A DNA stretch of 56,863 bases, the filler included, from Dugesia japonica (lineage: Eukaryota): NCBI GenBank assembly GCA_001938525.1. It is 5 parts of 5 records of this genome, joined end to end, with 100 filler letters (N's around TTAATTAATTAA, not from the genome) between each part and the next. Parts side by side here need not be neighbours in the genome. Positions count along the whole stretch, not along the records: positions 23,609 to 32,365 come from MQRL01603633.1; positions 32,466 to 40,981 come from MQRL01640576.1; 3 more parts are not named here. One strand, written 5' to 3'. Every line of letters starts with the position of its first letter. The stretch's first letter is position 1. This document shows positions 25,441 through 38,001 of this stretch, piece after piece. The notes under the pieces were generated by a model. That model was not told where the DNA came from. It searched no databases and was given only the letters and a program-made list of their open reading frames with translations. The translations under genes were made by a program, and so were the position numbers.

Positions 25441-26114
25441 CATCTTCAGGAACATCAGGAAAGGTGATTATATTTATGATAATGAAAGAAAAACATTTTT
25501 AAGTAACTCAATAATAGAGAGATTAAGTAAACAAGAAACGATGGTGGAATTATCAATGATGCATAAGAAAAACTTAATTAGTTATGTAAAAGATACTCAT
25601 CAACATCTTGATATTAAATTGGAAGATTATCAAGTCATGTTTAAAAATCCTATTGGAAATAATAATAAACCAAATAATAAACCTGTTCAAAATGTTAGTG
25701 GATGTCAATTAACTGTTTTTAATGAAAGAGAATCTGATGATGATGATATATAACTTGATCAAGTAATAAAAATATCTCAAAATACTATTTAATTATTATA
25801 ACAAATGGATATATATTAATGTTGTAAAAGAAGATGTTGGTTTTAGTTAAGACATGAAAAAGGATTTAAAGGTAATTACAAATCCTTCATTGATTAAAAA
25901 AGTGAATTAACTGTGAATTCCTGTATAAAATATAGAACAATGAAAAAGTAATGCAAATAGCTGGTGATACAATTTATAATCAACAACTAGAAATTGATGT
26001 TTTGGAAGATCAATTGAAAATTGTAAATTAATTTGAATAAGAAAAGATTAATAATTTGAAACAATCAAGATTTAAAGAACAAGATCCATACAAAATAAAT
26101 GTTATATTAAACGC

Positions 26115-26159
26115 TTGGCTCATTGCCAAAGTGTGCCCGTGTGCCACTATCTGTCTACT
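26115..26159 (-). mobile_element. Probable Maverick terminus, short remnant
   Basis: Minus strand reads AGTAGACAGATAGTGGCACACGGGCACAC. Confidence 0.5.
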
Positions 26160-26355
26160 GATAATTAATATTCTATCTAAAATAATTATAAGAAATAGAA
26201 ATTATTACATCATAATTTAACCTTTGATAAATAAAATTATAGGTTGAGATTTGATATATATATATTTATATTTTGATGAATCAGACGTTATTCAGAATAT
26301 TTTTTGATATCTAATAAATATTTATAATAGATTGGTGTTGTATCTTAACCTAGCA

Positions 26356-27950
26356 TGGTGACCACGCAGGCTCTAATAAACAGACTGGTACCAGATTTAT
26401 ATGATTGAAGAATGGATCTAGAAATCTTCATGTCAGATTGCCGAAGATTTTTCAACATCGCAAATATTGATGAAAATTCAAGATGTATAATCATCAAATC
26501 AATGATCTACATAGAATTGGTTCCAGTTGAAATCAGCATTACAAAATCAGCACTTTTTGAAGAATAATTGAGAAAAGCGTTTCAAAAGTCAAGATCACTT
26601 ATTAGTGATCTTAAAGAAATCATGGAATACCAAAAGGGATTGACTGCTGCGGAAAAATATTTTGAAGAAGTAAATCGTATGACGGAAAAATTATTGAGAC
26701 TCAAATAGATTAAGAATGAACTAACAAAGTATTTTTTAATTCATTACGTTGATGACAAAGAAATTCAGAAAGAAATAAAAATGAGAGAAACAACAGATGT
26801 GCCAGAAATTGAAAAAATTATTAAAAAGATGGATAATATTATGATGGATGAAGAAGTTGCACCAATAAGACGAGTTACATTTACAGAGGTGGCCAGTGGC
26901 CAGAAAAAATTTAGAGAATATCAAAACAAAAATATGAAACCCGCTCATGTGAGGGAACATCAAATGCCTAAAAAAATAAGATGTTGAACATGCGGATTTG
27001 AAGGTCATTATTTATGACAATGTAGAATGGTGCCAAATGTAAGATGCTATGCTTGTAATGAAGAAAGACATATCATAAGAAATTGCCATAAAGTCAAATG
27101 CAATAATTGTCATCGATCAGGCCATTTGGAAAAACAGTGTTATTTCAAAACTGAGTTTCAAAGACATCAATTCAGAAATAGATCCAATACAAAAATTCAA
27201 CGAGAAAATGATGGAAATGATAATCAATATAACTTTTATGCGAACAGAGAAAATAGAAACAGAAATGAAGATTATGGTAAAGATGCGCGAAATTCATTTT
27301 TAAGAGAGTACAAGAATGCAGTGGATAACAATAGACAAAGCTGAGTAGCAGTTGTATATGAGGATTTCTCGGATGATCAAGAAGATAAATTTAGTTCAAA
27401 TTACCCAAAAGACGAGGCTCGACCAAGCGAAGAGATGATCGGAACCATGCAGTAGAAGGTGGGATTTATGTTGACACAAATTATTTATATTATAATAGAT
27501 GTAGTGATAATACGTATTATTTAAGTAAATTTTATAACAATAATATTACTAATAAATTAAATAAAATTAAATATTTTGATAATGAAAATTTGATGATTAA
27601 GTATATTGACTTAAATAATGATTAAAATTTTAATAACTTTAATAACAGTGATTTAATTGAAAATAATTATTTTGATAATCGAAATGCTATGATTAAAAGT
27701 AATGATTTAGATAATGATGAAATGTTTAATGATAGTAATTTTTGCCGTACAAAATTAATTAAAATGAATTATTTTGACAAAGGAAAATTTATGATAAAGA
27801 ATAATAACTTAAATATTGTTGAAATAAATAAGCCTTGTAGAAATGTTTGTATGGACAATAAGCGGAAATCAATAGATAAAATTGTTATGATAGATAAAAA
27901 TAGAATATTAACTTCTGAATTAGAAATGATAGATAAGTATTGATAAGTAC
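26356..27950 (+). mobile_element. Gypsy gag remnant with three zinc knuckles
   Basis: PBS-like TGGTGACCACG; gag MDLEIFMSDCRRFF..; C*TCGFEGHYL*QC, CYACNEERHIIRNC, CNNCHRSGHLEKQC; Asn-rich tail. Confidence 0.8.
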
Positions 27951-27964
27951 TGATGTTTATATAG

Positions 27965-28330
27965 CATTTAATTTCAAAAGGATAGGATTCTTAGATTCAT
28001 ATAAAATGTGTTCTAGACATTCTGTTGAACATATGCGTAATGACACCAATAACTGATGAAGAATACAAAATCTTTCTTGGTGAATATAAATGTGTCTCAG
28101 GCTCTAAAGAATTTCGTAATCTCTATGAATATACATAATATTACATAAAGCTTGATGTTTTAATTCTAACTGACGTTTATGAAAACTTTAGAAAAATATC
28201 AATACAAGATACTGAAATTGATCAAATATATTCATATTCAGCTTCACGTTTAACTTGGGCAAATTGAACAAAAGCATGTGGAATAGAATTAATATTTCCT
28301 AGTTATGATAATTATGATTTGTTTTTTTTA
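27965..28330 (+). pseudogene. Second pPolB fragment (exonuclease III region)
   Basis: GFLDSYKM; FRNLYEYT*YYIKLDVLILTDVYENFRK..EIDQIYSYSASRLTWA. Confidence 0.8.
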
Positions 28331-28640
28331 TTAATAATTTTTTTTAACAATTTCACATAATCAATTCACGTGGCTCCATTAGTTATTTGCCTTGCTCCAT
28401 CAATAATAAATCATAAACAATTATCAATAAACCAACAACCAATCGACCAACAACCCCGTCTAATCTTGATTGTAATATTAATTTTTATTTACTTTAATAA
28501 ATTTTCATTAATTAATTTCTATTAATTATTTATTTACTTTAATTATTTTTAATTAACCTTTTATTAATTATTTATTAACTTTAATTAACTTTAATCAATC
28601 TTACTATTTATTTATTTTTAAAACTTGTTTAAATCTTCTA

Positions 28641-28768
28641 AGTAGATATAAAAGGCAAGATTAGGGTCCTCAAAAAACTCGAAAAATCATCCACTTCAGC
28701 GAAGATCGAGCTTACGAGCCTGAAAAGTCGAGTTTTGTGGACCCTAATCCCGCCTTTTAATAACTACT
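28641..28768. mobile_element. 128-bp fold-back element with AGTAG...CTACT ends
   Basis: Imperfect TIRs of about 40 bp: agtagatataaaaggcaagattagggtcctcaaaaaactcga versus rc agtagttattaaaaggcgggattagggtccacaaaactcga. Flanks cttcta/catgta match 4 of 6. Confidence 0.7.
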
Positions 28769-31222
28769 CATGTACTGAAACTAAAAAAGTTTACTTAATA
28801 AAAATTACATCATCAGTTCATATAAAACTGCGAAGTTTGAAAAATTGAAAGAAAAATAAAAACATGTGATTGACGACCTGATGTGTTTGTGCACTGCCAA
28901 ATTTTACCAATCTTATTTTAAATAATTTAAAATATCATATACCAATCAATACATTGAGGATATATTTTGCAGGTATAAAGTAATTATAGGACACCGTATA
29001 AAGTATTCTGTTTCATTCTTATATTTGAAAATAATTATTTTATTTTATATTTTCTTTCTTGTTTTTTTTAATCCATTGCCTTGGATTTTCTTATCTAATG
29101 TATACTCATTAATTTATTTGTTACATTAGTTATACAACATAATAATAATTAGTTTTTAATTCTATAATTGAAATATTTCTTATTACTTTTTCTACAAAAA
29201 TTAAATAGTTCATTTCAAAAAGTATTGTCATTCGTATATAAATGAAAATTTATAATTTTAACATTATTTATTACCTAATTCAATAATTTTGAAGTATTCT
29301 AGAAGTATATCTATTGCACAATTGTTTACGAAATTGATAAAAAAATTATGTGCTTTATTAATTTGATAAATTCTAAAATATTCTTAAAAATTTAAAATAT
29401 AAATTTTCAAAATTATAAATTTAAAAGTTCAAATATCTTTATGATAATTCTGGTTGAAAGATTGTAATTAACCTCTGCACGCTTCATTAGGTTTGTTCTA
29501 TAGTGCCAAACTTCCATGAATATTCGAGACAACTCTGAAATTAGCAAACATTAATACAAAAAGTCATTAATAAAAATAGAACAATAATAATAATAATAAT
29601 ANNNNNNNNNNNNNNNNNNNNNNNNNNNNNNNNNNNNNNNNNNNNNNNNNNNNNNNNNNNNNNNNNNNNNNNNNNNNNNNNNNNNNNNNNNNNNNNNNNN
29701 NNNNNNNNNNNNNNNNNNNNNNNNNNNNNNNNNNNNNNNNNNNNNNNNNNNNNNNNNNNNNNNNNNNNNNNNNNNNNNNNNNNNNNNNNNNNNNNNNNNN
29801 NNNNNNNNNNNNNNNNNNNNNNNNNNNNNNNNNNNNNNNNNNNNNNNNNNNNNNNNNNNNNNNNNNNNNNNNNNNNNNNNNNNNNNNNNNNNNNNNNNNN
29901 NNNNNNNNNNNNNNNNNNNNNNNNNNNNNNNNNTTACTTGTATGCTTACCTAAAATTGCTTTAAAATACAGTGTTGAATAATTGAATTAATATTATGAGA
30001 TTATTATTTATAAATGTTATATTTTTAGGAAGTACTCAATTATTCTCTGTGAAAGTACATTATTTAGGTAAGTGTAATTGATATATTAAAACTGGCTTAT
30101 ATATTATTGATTATTTATTTTTTCTACCTTTATCACTGATTGTAAAAAAAAATTAGAAAATATGGTTAAATAAGTTTAAATAGTGGAAAATAAACGAAAA
30201 TGTACAAAAATTAGATAAATTAAACATTTAAGTATTACTTGTTTATCACTATATTGTTTGAAGTAATAAAATATGAATAAATTATAATGAGTGGTACATA
30301 CTTATAACAATTGTTTTATAAATTGCATCTGATATATCGGTTTTATATTCAATAATAAAGCCTATATTTTCATGTTTAAACCATTATTTGCTTTGGTGAA
30401 CCTAGACTGTTACATACTGATCATGTTTCAATTGCAAAATAATTATTTTAATGTTACATAATAATTATGTATGTTTTAATTGTTAAATCTTTTTGTTTTG
30501 TTATTTAAATTTAGTGAAACTTTTTTTTGTTTATATTAAATAACATTAGTGATTTTTTGTTTACATAAAATGGATTTATTCATTTTATCTTTGGATAGGC
30601 ATAATTAGTGATTATTAAAAGTAAATTTGCTCGGGATATGTTACCATTACCCGTCGTGAGCAATATTAAAATTAAAATAAAAATTTCAAACTTCTTTAAT
30701 TATTTGAAATATAAAATTCACTGTAAAACTGGTTCGGAAGTAAAGGTCACCAACTTTTATCAGAGTAACAGAGATGGAGATTCATCCTCGTCTTAAGATT
30801 TTCAAAAGTCTATCTATATGTGCAGTTAAACAAGTGCAGTTAATTAGTGCAATGAAAATAAATTAACTTTAAAGCATATATGACGGTTGTACAAACATTA
30901 AGACAGGAGACGCTGCTGGACTCAACAGATGTATATATCAAATAAAATATTTAAATAGAAAATAAATAGAGAATTAATAGAACAGAAAACAATTAAGCTT
31001 CACTCAGATTATTTTACTCGACTAACCATAATAAATTTATGTCAGAAAAAAGAGTGATAAAATCAAATCATTTAATCATTTCGCTAGTAAGTACAATGCA
31101 ATAAATATCTGAATTTGAAAATCTACAAAGACATAATTTTAATATATGATGAATATCATACACCTTCAAATTATGAAAAACAACAGGTAGATTAAAGCTT
31201 ATTTTCCTACTTATATTGCATT

Positions 31223-31353
31223 AGTAGTGTATAAATGACGGCTTCCTGTCAAGGTTGTACCCTTCCTTCACATACATATATGATCTGGGATAAAATAATA
31301 TATTTTAAATATAAAAAAAACACATTCCAGGAAGCCGTCATTTATACACTACT
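31223..31353. mobile_element. 131-bp fold-back element with AGTAG...CTACT ends
   Basis: Perfect 26-bp TIR agtagtgtataaatgacggcttcctg / caggaagccgtcatttatacactact. Confidence 0.75.
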
Positions 31354-32465
31354 TAGGTTGATGGTTGAAATTTTTTAAAAATATAAAATAAAAATTAAAA
31401 TAAAAATGTCAAACTACTTTGATTATTTGAAACATAATGAAGAATTTAAGAGAGCAGTAAGAGAATTTATATATGATGAAGATGATGAAAAATTAAAGAT
31501 AACTAACGTAACTTTAATTAATAATTTGAAAAAAGAACTAGAAATTTAAAATGGGAGCTAAACCATATAAAAAATAAAAATAAAATCTTGAAAGAAAAAT
31601 TAGAAGAAATAAAAAAATGTAATTTTTTATTAATATTTTACTAATCGTAATCGAATAGTAATCGAAAAGTAATCGAATAGTAAATGTATTGTAACATTTT
31701 TTATTAATAAAATGGTTAGTGATGAAAGAAGACAAAGTGACTTTTATAAACTCCTAAAAAGTTATAATTTTTTTGAAAAACCATATTTCTAAGTTTTGTT
31801 AACAAAATAATGTAAATTAAAAAACAGTAACAAAATATTTAGGAGAATTTAATATTTCTTATAATCGAAAAAACATCCCAAAGGGACCAATTCAATTTCC
31901 AGAAAAAGATGTTAGCTCTAAAACCAAAATTTATTGAACATCCAGGTTTAAAACTAACATTGATAAAATGGGAAGAAGATGATGATTTAATTATTTTAAA
32001 TGAAGATTGTATTAATATTACTAAAGAAATAAAAGCAAATAGTGATGATTTATGTGAAAGATTAACAAGATTAAAAGTCCAAGAAGAATATGAAGGAGAT
32101 ATAAAAAGAGTTTATGCAGCTAAAAGCGATTGACCTAATTATGTAGTAAAAACCTCTAAATCCAATAACCCCCTGCAAAAACCTACAACCTCCCAAAAAA
32201 CACCCCACGATAATTTATATGACTGTTCTGTGAAGCCACTACCCTTCTAGCGAAAACCATCCATCCCACACTATAAGTCCTTTAAAAATCGTAGACTGAA
32301 TTTTAATGTATAAAAACTCCAATAAAATTATTTCCAAGATCTCCAGCTCCTCATCTAGTCCAAAANNNNNNNNNNNNNNNNNNNNNNNNNNNNNNNNNNN
32401 NNNNNNNNNTTAATTAATTAANNNNNNNNNNNNNNNNNNNNNNNNNNNNNNNNNNNNNNNNNNNN

Positions 32466-35400
32466 CAATTCATGTGTCTGCCACTTGATGTTGAAGTTCA
32501 TGCGAAAAAAATGAATCACGTGTGATCATCGATTAAATCTTCAGAAAAAGAAATTCTTGTATAATCTATAATATAATTAAATAGTGGAAATATTTCGCTA
32601 GAAAAAAACGAAATACTCATTCTTGAGCAAAAACTCTACCGAAGTAGTGCGAGATAACCGTTTGGTCGTATCCATCTTAGGGAACTAAGCACTGATTTCT
32701 TTTCTCTCACTTGGCGTAACAGATGTTCGTCAAAACTTAGCGATGTGAGCAAGTTTCGACAATAAAACGACAATAGGAAATCACCCGGAAAATGTAATGA
32801 TCTAAATTGCACCTAAAAGAAAACTCAATCTGGGTTGCAAGTAGTTATAAGTGGAAGTGTCCTGAGTATACATAATGTGTTAACCTGTTCAAACTAGAGT
32901 TCTGTTATCATCCAGGAATCATGATTTTAAGATCAGAAAACTTATTTAGTTATTGTTTGTGTTATTTATTATATGATTTGACTTTATTTGTTTTTGTTCG
33001 TTTAAATGTCGTTGGTATCAGATTCTCCAGCTACACGTCACCGACGGTTCCCGAGTTAGTATTTCATTTAATTTTTGAGAATCCCTCTAATAGTTTTAAT
33101 ATAATAGCAGGTAAAAAGTTGATTAACAAACTTATTATGAAAGATTTTATGCGATTTTGTTTATTATGATCATGAATAATGTTTTTGACACCTTTGTTAT
33201 CTGCATTATTGCATTTTGATTGTCACTCAATTTTAATTGAATTTTTTTATGCAAGCACCGGTACTTACCGTTTAAGTTTTATTTTTTACCGGTATTGCAC
33301 TCAGAGGTCATCATATTTCTATTCCTTAATCTTAGTCTAAATAGTTCATAATATTTAGAGAATGCCTGCGGAACTAAAACATGCACTAAAACATTAAGCA
33401 ACAACGTAACGTGGTCAGGTTAAGACAATTGCTCGCTCATATATTGTCACAGGGGAAAGTCGAACATCCTGACGAAACCGACTTATGTAGTTTCGTTGAG
33501 ATGTTTCCACTAAATTTTCATGTGAATATCGACGAAGAATTGGGAAGAATTATGGTTAACGTTTTTTCAAAGGATAATAAATACGTTAATTCTTTGTTTG
33601 AGTTTCTTATAAATTTAATTAATGAATTTAACGAAATTTCGTCTATAAACACAAAACTATTTTTTATTTTTTTCTAGTGAATCACAAATGGGAAGTTTTG
33701 TTGGACCGACACACTGGTCGCACCAAATTAAGGAAGTATACCAATCCCTAAATTCAGAATGCGGGTGTTCTTATAGATTATTCAAATTTTTCCAAGGAAG
33801 ATGCTGAGAACGAGCGGGAATGGACCGCAACCGAACATCAGGCTTTTTATGCTTGGAATGGCCCAGATCTAAACCGAGAAGCTTCTCATTCTACCACCGC
33901 ATTTCCACCTATAAATAATGAGGAGATTGCGACTACCAGCGAATGGCGCACTGGTCCGCCAGTGACCCCTATCTCGGTCGAGCATTTACCTCCCAACACG
34001 AGATTATACAGTGATATAGGTAACACTTTATGGGACCTGAGAAATATCGCTGACTGGAGTGAATCCGAAAATAATGTACCCAATAATGAGACTTGACATT
34101 GATAACGATAGCAGTTGTTTTTATTAATAATAATAATTTTTGTAATTTCACCACTGGTCTTATGTTTTCTCGTTTGATTAGGATTATTATTCTTTATAAA
34201 TAGGAACGAGTCGTAAGTAATATCTAGCTGAATCTAAGACTATGATTTGTGAAGGTTTGTTCTTTTGTCTACACTAATTAATTGTAGACTTCACAAATGA
34301 TTCATTTTGATTTAGTGTATTCCTCGTTTACTCGTACCATAGCACCCACCAAAAAATTATTTGAAGTCGACGAGGACCAAGCGATGACCTGGGACTTATA
34401 TCGTCTAGTCAAGAGACACTGGGAAGCGGATGTCACGAATTATACCAGCAAAGTGAAAAGATATAAGACCAAATGTCTTGCTTTTAAAAAGGAAGCCGAA
34501 GCCTCGCACATACAGGAGCGTGTGTGGAAGGAGCAGGTAGATCTTTTACAGAAATAATTCGGTTTTTCCAAGACGGAGAGAAAAATCTGGTCAATGATGT
34601 CTTAAAGTTAAAAGTAGCAATGCCCCTCGAGCCGTTAATGGTCGATAAAAGTATTCAAACCACGCGTCCGTGATATCGTTTATTTATAAATTTATTTAAT
34701 AAACCATTTTACGTTCTTAATTTGATTTTCTGTCGAGTTATTTATTGTCTAAATATTAGTTTCCGTTAAAAGAGTTACATTAATTGATGCTTTCTTGTTT
34801 TGTGCCGAGAATCCAACTCCCAAATAGTTTAAGACGATGCCACCGCCTGATCCAACGATTATTATTTGAGCGTCATGTTAAACGACAGAACGAGAGGCTC
34901 TCTTGAAGCATTTGTCACAAATGAATAAATTAATCAAAAAATTAGATTTAATAGTTTAAATACAGGGAGATCTGGCAGAGCAAACTAAACAGCTCCTCCA
35001 AAACAAGATCGATTTTTAAAGAACTATATCTCGGACCTGTCCTCCCAATTAGGCAATGTATCATGCTTACAATGGGATGACAATAACGACTCGGTGTTGT
35101 TCGACTTTATACCAGAAGAGCCTACCCAGTGGTTTGACCCGGGTGCTCTGGATGAATCGTGAATTGTAAAACAATATACATTAGTGGTAATATTGCTTGT
35201 TCATTTTGTTTTTTAGGGAAAATAAGGAACCCGAATTTAAGGTGTACCAGTGTAAACCTCCCGTATAGGTCGAAGGTCAACCACTGTGCACTGAATATCT
35301 AACTTAGGGGCGTTTAAATTCTTGAAAGGGTACCCCTAAGGACCGTTTTTCCCCATCCAGCATCGTTTATCAACATCAACTCAGGTGAGACCCCAACAAT

Positions 35401-37600
35401 TATATTACTTGCTTAGTTTTTTTAGAGAATTATACTAACGAAGAATTCTATTAACTGCTTAATGTTTCAGAAAATTGTGCTAAAGAAGAATTATTTTAAA
35501 TTGCTTATTGTTTTAGATAATGAGGCCGATAAAGAATTATATTAATAGTTTTAATTGATTATAGTGCTATGAATTTATGTATAGAGGTAGAAAACACATT
35601 GTGATTATTGCAACGAAGAACTATTTATTTATTGTTTAACATTTATTTTGGTTTATGGCAAAAGGAACCTTTTTTTAGCGTAAAATTAATTTTAGAGAAT
35701 TTTGCGAAGATCGTTCAGTGTTAATTAATTGGTCATGAAGAAGAAGATTTAAATTTATTGTGTTATTTGCAAAGGCAGACTGCCGATGATCGTCTTTATT
35801 AATTTATTACCTTATGCAAATTGTGAATCGTAAGGATTTATTATCTTATCATTTAACCGTAAATATGTGTTAAAAGTTATGTAAATGATTTGAATAATTA
35901 TATTTTACTGATTTTATTAATTTTATCTCTATTTTAGTACTATGTTAAACTACATTATAATGATTTTCCATTGCTTAAATTAACATCTTAAAGTAAATAA
36001 TTTATTTAACTATAGAAGGATTTCAAGTTTTAAATGTTTTTCAATAATTATTATTGTCTAAATATACTATTACGATTGTGGAATTCTTCCTAATGATTTC
36101 TGATAAATATATTATAATGATTCGTCCATTGACGATGTGATATTATTCAACAGTGTTAAAATATGACTTAACTTGTCGCCGTATTTCCTATCGAAAAGGA
36201 CTTTTCTTTTAAATAATGAGCACCTGCCTTATAAAGTCAATTCGATAATCACTCGATATAATAATGATAAAAGGATTTTATATTTTGTAAATAAAAATCT
36301 TAAATACCAAAGCTTAAATGATTAAATATAAATTTTATCTTCTTGAAATATACAATACTGGTTATNATAATTGTTTTAGTTGTCACTTTGATACTCGTTG
36401 TGATAAATTATATAATTTGATTGACAGTATAGCACGAAAAATAGTTTTAAAGAAACAGTACAGTCACTCGACGGATAGACATTCGTCGTAGGAGCTTGCA
36501 ACCAAATAACTATACTATAATTCCTGGAGGCACGTTAGAACCGATCACGATCCATGGTTGGTTAACCAAATAAAGCTACGAGATAGGGAAACCAAAATTT
36601 AAGAACAGATTAAGACCATCCAGGAGCTGCGACAACGGATTCTTTCTTTGGAAAATGAGCGTCTCATCGTTTAGTATGATCAATTACAACAAAATAGTGC
36701 TCTCGCAGATCTACTCTACAAGGTGTCGAATCATCTGAAGCAACCTCCATCAATTACTGAGCGCAGAACTGTGTGGCAACGAAGTTTATTAGAACATACT
36801 CAGATGGGCAAGCAACTTTACCAGCAAATAGATCGATTGATTCTAACACTCGTTTCTTGTCTAGAGAATCTGGAGGACGTCAAGATAATAGAAGAAACTG
36901 CAGTTTGACTTATCCATGTAAATAACTGTGAATATACTTTTGTAATCAATGTTATTTGACTTAATAATTTATTTATCATCGAAAATGAAGAAAATAAATA
37001 AGGAACAATTTCATGTTACTATTATAATATTAATGGTTAAGCGATTTAAAATAATATACTTTTAAATGATTATGGCTGAAAATAAAAGTCTACTCTTTAC
37101 TTTAGAATGACTTCCGTAATTGACAAACTCGATCGAGTTGATTTATTAAAAGATCGACAAATTAATCGGGCAGAAATCGAGAAACTCCGAGGGGACGTGA
37201 AAGAAATGAGATACCCCTTAATACCCCAAAGAAAAGATGTCTGTCTTACGAGATCAATTGAGTGTGAGTCATCGGAGGGAACTCATACTCATCGCAAATA
37301 ACCGGATGTTTGTAGCGATCATAAAATCAAGTGCGGCTCGAGAAGCCACCGTCCTCGCTAATGTGAAAACTCTTTGGAAGGAGTATGAAGTGAAATGCAA
37401 TGTCAGGAACAAATGCGTGATCATTGAAGAAACAATCTTTGGATCACCTTAGGATGTAATGAAGTAAATGTATAAATTTTACCGACATTGTCTTAGTTAT
37501 TTTAAGAATGCAATAAAACCAATTAATTGGAGCCAAACATCCTCAGAAGATATTTTATCGATCATTTCATGGATCACGTCATTACTTGGTTTGAAAATCC
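32466..37600 (+). other. Block of short, GC-richer, co-oriented orphan reading frames separated by AT-rich spacers
   Basis: Frames at about 33411-34096, 34297-34670, 36480-36908 and 37107-37452, several coiled-coil-like, with stops or frameshifts and following AATAAA; no family recognised. Confidence 0.35.
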
Positions 37601-38001
37601 GCCATTACTTTCCAAATTACCTAATATATTTGGAAAAAATGTAATAAAGGCAAAACCATTCTAATTAAAATAAGAATTTTAGTTTTTATCATTTATTATA
37701 TTTTAAAGTAATAATTTTTGAAATTAGAACAATAATTTCAAAAATGAATCTATTTTTGTAATATCTTTTTGAAATATATCGTTCATAACTATTGAGAAAA
37801 CACCAATTTTAATGAAGATATTATTCTTAAAAACTATTTGTTTATATATTTAAAATTATTTATATAAAATTGCGCAATTTATGTAGTTATATTTAGCCTA
37901 TATAATTTTACATTTGACTTTTATTATGTAGTAATAAATGTAAAAAATTAATTTTTGAAATTTTTTAGATCTTTGTGCTGTGATATATTTTACATTTTAA
38001 A

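Noticed and set aside
30029-30067. Isolated small exon-like segment (ag...gtaagt)
   Set aside because: It cannot be linked to any gene and is separated from the receptor by a spacer.
35420-35520. J-domain-like start FY*LLNVSENCAKEELF
   Set aside because: Stops in frame and no HPD motif.
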